Part shown: piece after piece, positions 12,550 to 24,100 of the stretch | Layout: every line of letters begins with the position of its first letter | Position numbering within the stretch: the stretch's first letter is position 1 | Origin: Dicyema japonicum | Lineage: Eukaryota > Animalia > Dicyemida | Assembly (NCBI GenBank): GCA_011109175.1 | Contig: RDEW01000075.1 | Coordinates: 1 to 64,000, forward strand | Length of the DNA: 64,000 nt | Reading direction: 5' to 3' | The notes under the pieces: generated by a model | What the model saw: the letters and a program-made list of their open reading frames with translations, nothing else | Database searches by the model: none | Told to the model about the DNA's origin: nothing | Translations under genes and position numbers: made by a program

Positions 12550-15250
12550 TTACACAACAACAGGGACCCTCAGTAAGTTAATTTTTCCATCATGACGACA
12601 GTTTCTAAATTGAACAATATCTTTCCGAGTGATTATTCCTACAATCTGTCATCTAATTACGAATAGCTCACTCTATGATCCTCATCAGTCACTAGAACGT
12701 GTCTTAGACCAAGATTACGAACTAAACGAAATATCTTTGAAAATGAAGCATTCTAGAATGAGCGCCAAAAAATTAACCACATCAACGGTATAAGGGGTAG
12801 GATTCACATAAGGACGTAAATCAATAGTGCAGTCCATGTCTTCTTCTTTTAATATCACACGACTGGAAGTTAAAAATCAGTAAATACAGCCACATTTTTG
12901 AGTTTAAAGTAGTTATCACTGATATCCTTGAATGCAAGTGTGTTTGCGCAGTCATATCCCCTTTCTACAAATGCCTTGCATTTAATAAATTGAGTAGTTG
13001 ATAACGCAAAATTATTCCTTGGAAGCAATGTCTCTCAATAGAATCGACCTTAAATAAAAATACAGAATACAAGTACAGAGGACTCCATATTGTCAATTAC
13101 TGGAAATCCTTGGTGCCTGCTATGTTTCCAATAACTCACATAGGGATCGAACTTTCACCACAGAAAGAATCACAGACACCGGATGAGCCATAACCTTTGA
13201 GGCATATATATGCGCGGTAAGAGCTGGAGGTTCCCAATCTAACAGAGGGATTTCAAGCACGTGTATGTGCATATCGAAAATTCCCTACGTTTATACTACA
13301 TCTCAACCTCATTGAAGTAATCTCCCACGCATTTAGACATAATCAATGCTATGAATCACTGGGAGAGCTAAAGAAGCAGTACCGGTCGCCTCAATGATTA
13401 TTACCGCGATTGTTATCACGATTCTTAGATTCCCTCCAAGTTGAGCAGCAGCTCCAACCAGAGCGAATAATTGCACATCAAATTTCTAAAATGTTTATGA
13501 TTCAAACAGCTGAGGGATCAATGGAGTTGAAAATTTGTCCAAAGAGTCTACCCCATGTGGCACCGATCACCATTGATGGTAGAAACAACCCGCTAGGGAC
13601 GTTAATCCCATAAGTCCAACAGGATGCCAGAAAATATGGAATAGCCACCTTTACAAGAAAACTAATGGAATAATAATCTCAAATAAAGCAAAAAAGGAAA
13701 CTTTCAGGATTGTGGAACAACTTTTTAATCAGATTTGACGGCGTTGTGAAAATAAAATCTGCGGCCACACTACTTTCCCCGCCAGAACAGGAAGCCTAAA
13801 AAATAAAGTCTAATCTTTACAAGCGAATCAAAACTGGAGACGGGGCCACCAACGTAACACTCATTAAAATTGGCAACACAGAGAAAAGATAAAACCGCCA
13901 AAACGGTAACAATGAGAAAACATTCAACAATCTTCAGAGCAGGATATCGGACATGCCTGAATCTAACAAAACCAAAACCTGAATCTGAAAACAGTCAAGG
14001 AATAATTTATTTGCACGAACAAAGCTCCTAGCAGTCCACCTAGAGATAATTACAAACAGGGAACCAATAATACCAAGCAGGGCAAACATGAAGATTTCCA
14101 GCAGTCCATATTCAACCACCTCAGAAATGACCACAAAATAATAACGTCAAATTTTCCAAAGTCAATTAATCCAACCGAAGAGAAACTGTAGCGGGGATCT
14201 ATTATGGTCCTCATCAAATTTAGAGTGAAGGTAGACATTACTGAGGCAAAAAACTAGATTATTTAGGTAAAAATACCGTTCTCCATATTAAAGACAAATT
14301 CCAGAAGCTGCATCCTTCTTCCAGACTAAACATGAGACCACCAATCGGGGCTCCAAAAGCTGCAGAGGCTCCTGCAGCAGCTCCGATTGACACAAAATCT
14401 CTGTTCTGTTGTAAGACGGAAATCGTTAAAAATCTATTTTGAGGTTAAAAAATACCTTGAAATCAAAGTTAAACGATAAACTCCTGCCTTGAGAAATACC
14501 AGCAATCACTGATCCTGAGTGAATCATGGGCCCTTCCTATGAATAAAACAATATACAGAACCTTGCCAATAGGAAGTCCAGCAGATACCGCAAAAACGAC
14601 ACCAATAACCTTGGCAAACAAGGTCTTAATTCTCACGACCTGGGGAATCTTGACTCCATTAAGGAAACATTTAATCTGAGGTATTCCACTTCCACTGGCA
14701 GCCGGCTAAATTTTAATAAGCTAAAAAACAGCATAAAGCGTCAAAAGTGAGGGTAGAATGACTAATGTCAAGGACAGAAATATCCAAGTAAAATATGGGA
14801 TAGCAAAGCTCTGGTCGACGAAGGAATTGTTCATTTCTAGATAATCCACAAAACTAACGATATAGCAAAAAGACTGAATTTAAAGTTTGAAATAAGTTTG
14901 TGAAATAGTCAATCAAAAGCCACAATGCCCAGTGCAGACTCCGATCAGGAGTGTGATCATCCATCTCATAATATTAATTTTCCAATGTCTCTAAACTTGA
15001 ACTGTAAATCCCAACTTGTGCACTCATGTTCTGCATTTGTCTTCTGTAAACCAGATTTTCACAATCTTCGTAATCTAAGCACTGTTATGGTTTGTATCTA
15101 ATAAATACCTCGTAGTGGGCAGAAATTGGTAATTTATGGTGTTCAGAAACTTGTTCGTATTGAACGGATGTGTCAGGTGCTTCATTATCTCCCAAGACTT
15201 CGCATTGTTCAATCACGTGCTATTTTAAAAGAATGATGATAAACTGCCAT
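12550..15250 (-). CDS. CLCN7: H+/Cl- exchanger CLC-7-like; about 19 tiny introns; several homopolymer frameshifts
   Basis: [62 protein letters not shown], two CBS domains (HQGFPV; LGLRH...IVGIITRKD). Confidence 0.9.
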
Positions 15251-15699
15251 TAATCGCAATTTGCACAAATAAATTTAAGAAGTTCAACAATTTAAATAAT
15301 TAATAATATTTATTCAAAATTTTTTAAGTTTATAAATCTTAAGAAAAATACTAATTTTTTATTTTGTTTAAGATTAGTGGTTTTGTTTTGATAAGATAAA
15401 TTTTTTTCACGCTTATACGCCATTTTTTTGTTTAATTACGCTAATTATTATTGAATTGAATAATGAGTTAATACACCCTACTTATTCGATAATCTCTTTA
15501 ATCTTTATGTTACAACAAAATTTTCAATGAAAAGTCAATAAATTAAATAAAGATTGTAACAATAATTTACCACTATCGGTTGCAAGATATTACATTTGAG
15601 CAGAAATTTCCTTTTCTGGCAGATGAACTAAACTTCGTATGTTCATCGTCTGTGGCACTGTTCACTGTCACTTGGCAGCTGCTATTATTTATTTTATTT

Positions 15700-15820
15700 A
15701 ATAACCCCCGAAAAGGGAACACCAAGAAAGAAGGAGTAAACCAACTAATTAAGTGATCCCGGTACGCCTCAACAGGATCGAGAGGTTTTCCTGTGTTCCT
15801 CCAGAGTACCACGGCAGCTG
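15700..15820 (-). repeat. Solo LINE 3' end (family D) between divergent CLCN7 and GTF2H2
   Basis: GGGATCACTTAATTAG...CTTGGTGTTCCC...GGGGTTATTAAAT on the minus strand. Confidence 0.7.
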
Positions 15821-15910
15821 CTATAAATTTGAAAACTTTATTAATTTATCTAAATATTTTATGAAGATTGTCTATTAATTTAAAATATTTTAAATTCAAA
15901 AATTTCAAAC

Positions 15911-16859
15911 ATGGATTTTCTGTGTGATGTTGAAAGTGACAATAAACGTTGTGAAAAACAAAGTATTAGTGAAGCTTGTGGAAGACAATTCAGAGCTGTT
16001 TTCTGCTGATTGACTGTTCTGCCTCAATGAATCAGACTGATATGAAGCCCTCTCTTCTCTATGTAACGAAAAAGTTCTAGAAAAGACAGTTGACGAATTT
16101 TTGCCAAAAACCCAATTGGAAAAATCGGTATTATCACATTAAAGGATGGAATTGCTACTCTCAACCAACCTTTGACTCAAAATCCTTCTCATCTGATATC
16201 GACACTCACGGACTCTCAGAATGTGGTGGGAGTTTTCATTGAAGAATGGTCTTAATGTTATAAACTATCACTTTACAAACCTTCCTAAATATTTCACTCG
16301 AGAGGTGCTAATAGTGCATGCTGCGTTAACAATTCCACAGGAGATTTCTCTCAACCAACACTTTCGTTGCACAATTATTGGACTCACAGCTTACACTCAG
16401 TTGTTCAGTTCCCTTGCACGTGCAACCTCCTCGGAGTACAATATTGCTTTAAATCCTCAACATTTTCAGGATCTTGCATCAAAATTTACTAACCCTCCCC
16501 CTGTTAATCTCACTCCGGCTTTATTGCACGTGGGTTTTCCTTATAACTCACGAGAATGTCCTCAATGTTACGCTCATGGCTCTGAACTCCCTAGAGATTG
16601 TAACGTGTGTGGACTTAGTCTTGCTTCATCTACTCACTTGGCTGTTTCCCATCATCAAATATTCACCCTTCCAGAATTTTTGGCTATTCCAGCAAATCTT
16701 TCTCTTGTAGTGGATGCTTCCATTTGATTACCAATAATGAGGTTGATGTTTGGCTTACATATTAGATGTATCAATGCCAGAAATGTTTTAGTGTTTTTGC
16801 GTAGATTGTAATCTTTTCTTCACAAATCATTGAATATCTGTGCTATCTGCTCTCAGTAG
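15911..16859 (+). CDS. GTF2H2: TFIIH subunit p44/Ssl1 (vWA, C4 and RING-like); frame broken by about 8 homopolymer deletions
   Basis: LIDCSASMNQTDMKP, KNPIGKIGII, EFSLKNGL, TREVLI, CPQC...ELP.DCNVCGLSL, C-terminal CxxC...CQKC...C.DC..F.H..L..C..C; one 24-nt intron. Confidence 0.88.
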
Positions 16860-17489
16860 TTTATTTTATTTGTAAAGATGATTTTTTAATAATAACTTGT
16901 AATATATTTTTGCATTTTATCCATTGGAAATGCTTATGTGTAAATATTGATCGCATGAACCCTTAGAATTAAATTAGTTAGGCGACTTTCCTTTCCAATT
17001 TTTCCTACAACACCGCGTATCTTACTGATCTTTATAACTTTTGTTTTTTGGCTGTTACTTTCTTATTATGTCGCGAGCGCTGAGAGTGATCCATCAATGT
17101 CAAAAATAATCTATTTACAAAATTGCTAATTAACTATCATTTTCAGTTGTTATGAATTTTTTAGTCGTTGTGAATGAGCCACTCCATCCTCCTATCACAT
17201 TTTTTATAATAAAAAGAATGCAAATTTACCCTCTCAAAGTTAAACCGGAACTCATCATCCTTACTAATAAATAACAATAAACAACCTTTAGTATAAGTGT
17301 CGAGATTTTCTACAACTTCCAATTCTTATATATTAAAACTTTCTGGATTATCGTAAACATGATTCCACAAGAGTGTTAAATCCAGGAATACCACGATAGT
17401 ATTTGGAATCGGTTAGAGGACAACTCGCCTAGAAATAACATGTAATAAATATTTTTTTACACTTCATACTAGGTATACGGGGAGTATGG

Positions 17490-17568
17490 AAGCAAATTCC
17501 GGAACGTGCGTACATACGACCCCATACCCGTTTGGGAGCGAATTCCTGAGCATGCGTACATACGACGA
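17490..17568. repeat. Imperfect 29-bp direct repeat
   Basis: GCAAATTCCGGAACGTGCGTACATACGAC and GCGAATTCCTGAGCATGCGTACATACGAC. Confidence 0.6.
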
Positions 17569-18617
17569 TAATATTAAATTCCTGCTATTCCTCCTAAAAT
17601 TTTAATTAAAATTAAATAAAAGTTTTCCGTCTATCAAAAGGAAGTTTTCAGACTTATTTTTAAATCTATACTTCGAGCTGCTGATACATTCAGGTTTTTT
17701 CCCTCCATGATGCATTTTATAATATTGTACTTTTCAGTATTTTTTATGGTAACTCTGTTAAGCATCAGGACAACGTGATTAGCATATTAACCACCAGTTT
17801 CCTTACTTAAAGGGACCACCTGTAAGTAGATGAAAGTTAGTCGATACTACTTTTTTAAGAGGGAGTGTATATGGAAAATCTCATAGTGAAAAAAAGGGTC
17901 TATAAGCACTTTTTGTATACGTAAGCTATGCGTCATCAAAGAGACGTTTTCTATTTATCTCATGGAATAATTTTCCCAAATTTACTTTACGAATGTGAGG
18001 GGTAGTTTTTCTTCACGAAAAAGGGTAAGATCATATCCCTATTGGAAAGAACGAAAAGAACGGCCATTAAATTTGTTTTGGGAAGGATTGAGAGATGAAA
18101 TATCCGAGAAAAAAAAAATAAACTCCTGAATCAATCAAGTTTGTGGTCGTGGAGAAAATTGAGGGTCTTACGTTAAGAATCTAGGTCCAGAACATGTATA
18201 ATTTTTTACAAAAAAGTGAGGAACCCCGATTTTATAAATTGTCGATAAAAGTTATGGATGCGGAAAATTACACTACCAAATTTTACCGATGACTTCATTC
18301 TAGAAGATATCAAGTAGATTCCGATTAGAAGACATGTTTGTGTGATGTAGTATATAATTTTTTTAATAAAAAATGAGTCCTTGCATGCTAGTTCTGAGGA
18401 CATCCATTGGATGCGGACAGAGAAAAAACGATTGATTTGGACGTGTAGAGAGGGGATAAGGATAAGTTGATAGTAAATTCGCCTAAGAGGAGGAGGTCAA
18501 TTTCCATCGATATGAATGAATAGCTTCAATAGCAATTAGATTAAAATTTATTTAATTTGGTCATATTTTTATTAACTTAAATTTGTAAATTAAATAACAA
18601 TTTAAATTGCATCGAAC

Positions 18618-20004
18618 ATGGATTGTTATCAAAATAATGTTTACTGTCAAGTTATCCAATTTAAGTTAATTTCAGCAACCTCCTAATAGTCAACACAAAT
18701 GTTTGTATTGCCTTAAAGCGTTTAAGAAAAAACACGATCTTACCCGTCATATAAGAACTCATACCAGCGAAAGACCATTCAAATGTGAAATATGTTTTCG
18801 GTATCTAATATAATTAATGAATCAGTCGTTTCAAACTGAAAAATTCATTAAAAATACACACAAATTCCCATTGTGAATTCCCACAATTTGGTTGTTACAT
18901 ATGCAGTAATCGCTATACCTACGAGAACTGCATGAAAAGACATTTGAAACAACATTTTGGTATATTTATAAGTTATTGTAGTTAATTCTGGTCAATTTTG
19001 TAGCATTTGTGGACTATATTTCACAATCTCTTCCGATTTTTACAAACATTTTAAATTTCACGATAGTAACTGTTCGAATCAAAATTTGAACAATTCAGAG
19101 GAATTTATGGTTATTTCTCACGAGAAAAGTCAAGATTTACAAAATTTGTCAGATCAACCAATAGAAGAGATCCAAATAGATCATATAAATGACAATTATT
19201 CAGAAAATGTGGAAAAAGCAGTCAGAACAGAGAATTTCAGATCTATAAACTGGCCTAGAAAAGAATCGGTGACATTAACCGTACGAGCTCCTCAGCATAT
19301 TTGCGATATATGTGGAAGATGTTTTTACCGCCCTTCTAGTTTGGCAGAACATGTTAGAATACATACAGGAGAACGACCATTTGAGTGTGAAATCTGTAAA
19401 ATGAGATTTGTGACAAAATCAGCTCTCAATGACCACTCAAATGATCATAAAAGTATGAATTTGACATGCCAATTTTGTTTGGAAACTTTTACGAGACGAT
19501 CTAATCTCAGCCGTCATAGAATTTCTGTCCATGGAGTGTCTCTAAATAAAAACAAACATCGTCCTTCTTTAATTTGTGAAATTTGTGGCCGGAAATTTAA
19601 TTTGAAGCAAACGTTGCAAAAACACATGAAGACACACATGAAAGAACCTTCAATTTCTCAGTTTCATTTCCAATTTAGAGAAATTCAAGTAATATTTGTG
19701 TTCTTACTATCAGTTGAACGATGGGAATGTTACATGGGAGGAGGAAGAGCCTACATTTGTGTATCCTTCTTGTTGTTATAGGAAACAAAATTTTATTAAT
19801 GAATTTCATCAGTATGTTTCATTTGTATTTAGATACTGCCGATTTTTCTGTAAATACTGTGGAAAGAGTTTCGACCGTGCTTCCAATCTTACGAGGCATT
19901 TGAATAATTTTCCGAAACGATGTTATGAATGTATGGTTTGTTTCCGACGATTTGCTCGCTATAATACTCTAACGTCACATGAATGTAAACCAATATGCTT
20001 TTGA
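18618..20004 (+). CDS. Multi-C2H2 zinc-finger protein (about 10 fingers), about 6 tiny introns
   Basis: Repeated CxxC-x12-HxxxH with HTSERPF/HTGERPF linkers; exons joined by 21-25 nt GT-AG introns. Confidence 0.85.
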
Positions 20005-20139
20005 AATATATTTTCGACTTTTATTGCTGACTTTATGACTTCCTTTTTAAACATTTTTGACGATAATGAAAATCTTTTAGTTTGAGAGTTTTACGATAGT
20101 TTTAAGAAAAATATCTATACTAGTAGTTTAACTAATCTT

Positions 20140-20270
20140 GGCACTCGTCCTGTAACCACTACCAATCAAACTATTTGGTAGTTGCTTGGTAAGGGAAATA
20201 ATTTGGGTCTGTTAGCTAAAAATGTAGGCAATGTTCTCAACTAGGTGACCCACATGAAAAACAAATATAC
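20140..20270 (+). repeat. Unclassified dispersed repeat family E
   Basis: Homologous to the reverse complement of 31555-31690 (AAACTATTTGGTAGTTG.TTGGTAAGGGA; AGGTGAC.CACAT.AAAAAC). Confidence 0.6.
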
Positions 20271-20387
20271 CTATTGGATATCTAGGAGCGTTCGATCTAC
20301 TCTGTGATGCTCTTATTAGCCACCCGTTTCTTTCACTCAAAGGAACCAGGGGTAAATAAATACTACTAATTAATAACATCGAATAGA

Positions 20388-20665
20388 TTTCTGCTTGCTT
20401 GTCTGTTCTTCCTCTTTCTTCCTATTAGAGTGGCGTCATGTGATCCACCTGTCTAGGTGACGCCCAGTGCCAGGCCGGCACGAAAAAAAATCATTTGCTC
20501 TTCCCCACTCCACTGGAGGGGTTTCCACAACTGCATGTAATGGACGTCTTAGCTTTTGTGCTAATTCAGGACTCTCTTCATAGAAGTGGAAACTGGATAC
20601 ACTTAATTAGTTGTTTGCTTTAATTTCTTTCTCGGTGTATCCGGGGTTAATAAATTAATTAATTA
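20388..20665 (+). mobile_element. SINE family B copy (5' clipped)
   Basis: Same body as 11765-12046 and 45902-46208. Confidence 0.85.
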
Positions 20666-21143
20666 ATCGAATAGATACAGGTATTTAAGAATAACAGATA
20701 ACTCTTCATTCAACTAAGAATGGGATACGGTTTTTTTCATTTAGCCTTCACATCTTCGAAGTCTTATATACAACATGAATACCATATATGTATACTTGGA
20801 ATGAAATCGTCTTATGTATAATATGTATGCTAACACATGGTATTCTCTACAAATCTAATTGCGGGTGTTTTTAGAATATATTATAGGTTTTTCCTCGTGA
20901 AAAGGTAAATGAACAATTAATTTTATTCTTTAGCCGTCGTAAAGGCAGATCCTCTATCATAGGCATTCATATTCCAAATTTATAAAATTTGTATGAATTA
21001 AGTACTATTTCCAAACTTACTGAAGTCCATTTGTTAAGATTTGAGACACTTATCACGTGAAATTCAAAAATTTTTGAATTTACAAAAAATAAGACAAAAA
21101 CATAAACAACGAATGTAAAAATCTGAAAAATAAAGGCAAACAA

Positions 21144-24100
21144 TTATAATAAATTACGTAATTTATCAATTGTCTCGGTAGATAAGGATTCCAAAAAGCT
21201 CTTTAGAGTTTCAGGACATTCAGAAATATTTTCAAATTTTCTAAGTATAAATTGAAATCCTAAACTCTTTTAAACCATCAAAATTATTATCTCTGATGAA
21301 CCCATTTTCAAAACATGAATCATCCTTCATTTGATCCTCAAACCAAGTTGCAACTAGTAAATCGTTTTTTAGATCGTCATCAGTGTGCCCATGCACAATA
21401 AATAACTCTTCCAATTTCTTTAGAGTTAGAAGTTTATGCTTTTTGAGCAAAAAGTCACTAGCAAGAAGTCGCCTGAGTCTCCAATGAAAAAAACGTCTAC
21501 TATCCTCCCAATTTACAATTCCCTACAAATGGAAAAAATTCAACTTTAATAACGCCTAAATGTTTCATTCTAGTTGGCGTGTCATGAAGATTTGCAAAAT
21601 AATTAGCTGCACGGGTATAATGAGTGAAGTGACTATCATTTAATGGAACGCCGGAAGATTTAACCCAATTGTATATGTCATCCTTTTTGAACTTTATTTT
21701 AACGATAGCCTCTGGTTCGAGAATTCCACCTTTCGCTGTGGGATCAGCATACATTTCCATCCGTAAAGGATTAATTGCAGAATCAACCACAACCCAGCTC
21801 CCCACGCAATTCGCAGTGCTTCGGAATGTACACAAACACAGGTTGATTGTATGCAGACAATTCATCGACAATATAAGAACCAAATTTTAAGACCTCGTCA
21901 TACATATCTACAAAAAAGAAATAGTATTTGTACCCATCATCCCACCAGAAAACCCTCTCCAATTTGCAAATATAAAAAGAGGAAGTTGTTCTCGATTGAA
22001 ATCAGAAATAGCTTCAGCCATTTTGAATGAAGAATCTGGAAGAAGAATATGCGGAGCTTGTTGCACAACTCTAGCCTCAGACTTTGGATTAGCTGGATCA
22101 GCTGGAATTCTCTTATGGACAGTTTCTGTGTTCACTCCTATCATGCCTACTGGTATCCCTCCAATCCTTGCCCTTCCACAAATCAAGGTCATAGCGTAAT
22201 CTTTCATAGACTCCATAAATGACATGGGATCAAAAAAAGACTCTATCATATTCCGAATATTATTGGAATGACTTATTGGCATATCCACAGAAATAGGCAT
22301 AATCGGCAAAGCATTTCCAAAAACCTTAAATAAGAAAAAAATTACATTTGGTACAAAAGAAATCAGACTTAACACTCTGTAGATTCCATCTCTAACAGTA
22401 CTTACCACGTCCCGAGATATTCCATTCTTGTACATTATGTCGACACCTCCAAGTTGGTTATTACTGCTATAGACATCCCTGCCCAACACTTTGTTAAGTG
22501 CAGCAGCACCAGTCAAAATAATACTAGAGTCATCCATCTGAATTACTCGTCGGCTTAACCGTACCAAATAGGCACCAATTCCAACGGATCTGCACATAAC
22601 CTAAAATGTCAAAGAAATTTATACAAAACTGACTGTCATAATTTTGTTATAAGCCTTTGACATTGCCGAAGCAATCATGGCAGATCCATTCAAATTATCT
22701 ACACCAAAACCTTTTTCTCTCCCTGAAATATTAACCGAAGTTACCAATTATATCACTCACAACATAGTGAGTTTCCCCACTCTCAATCTGTCGAGGACTT
22801 GCGACGACAAAATCCTTTAGGTGGTCATAATCTGACTTAGTCAGATACATATAATGGAATCCCCACAATACATCCACACAAAAATACTTTGTCAGGTTTT
22901 TGAGGACAAATCCATTTGATTTTAAGACAATTTTTGATCTCATCATCAAGACCGATACGAGCACCAGAATTCATGGATAAGTAGACCAAAGGAACTCCCA
23001 TTTCGCAGGCAAGTTCGATCACTTTCTATAAATGAAAGAAAACTATTACGTTAAAAAATAAATCTTCATCAATTCCGAATGAACCTTGTTTGACAGTCAT
23101 ATCATTGCTGAGAACAATTATTTCTCTCCCTGTGGGATATTCAGGAGTAAATATAGTCATTTTCCATGCCACAACGCCCACATTCTTCATCCTGATGTCC
23201 TTATATTGGAGTAATTCAGTAGGAAGTTTACTATTTGGAAATATTTTCAAATGTGCTTTCCATATTCGTGATAGAGTAGTTTGAAACAATAATGGCACAT
23301 CATCGACATACAAAGCACCAATTCTATGGGCCAAAAAACGTCTTTTATTGCTTTTTAATGTGTGGGGAAGAGTGACAGGATCCCCGTCATTCTCACCAGA
23401 ATCCAATGCTCTCAAAACAAGCTGAAATAAAAAATTAATAGAACTTTTTCGTCTTCCAAAACTTCGCTATACATTGATATGTTCAGCATGAGCCCAGTTG
23501 TGTTGGAGACGAACACTCTAATGGGCCGTGGTGGAGAATTTCCCAGTCTAAAATAAAAATTATCAATAAACCTGACTTTAACTCTGACTTCACCTGTGAG
23601 TATTCGCAAGGAATTTAAACAAGCTAACTGTTTGTGCACCATCATCAAAATGACTCTTCCTAACTAACAATTATTATTTCATTACCGCTTGTCTATTGTC
23701 TAGTGTAAATGTCGGAACAAAATTGAAGAAAAAGTGATTCATTTCTGTTTTCGGGGCCATTGGATGAGAAAAACCATCCTCAACCATTGAGACTGCTTCG
23801 TGTAAAGCATTTTCTCCCTCTTTCAGTAAATATTCCGCAGACGCCTCCTAAAAATCAGTTAAAAGAAATCAACCGATGTCACCAATCCATGACTTCCGAT
23901 CAATACTCTAAGAAAAAATCTATAATTCAATGGATTTTCTTTTTCCTGAAATAATAAAAAAATTAACCCTTCCTAAAAACAGATACATTCGATAAGGTTG
24001 CTGTTTAATGGCCTCGACAGAATAGTTTGACAGCCGATCAATTTCCAACTGCCTGTCAAAGGAAGGGTCTAAATTTCTCAGTAATGTCTCCTCTTTGAAA

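Noticed and set aside
15911-16859. GTF2H2 as a pseudogene or U-insertion-edited gene
   Set aside because: Lesions are only homopolymer indels and involve A and G as well as T; motifs are conserved; consistent with assembly error
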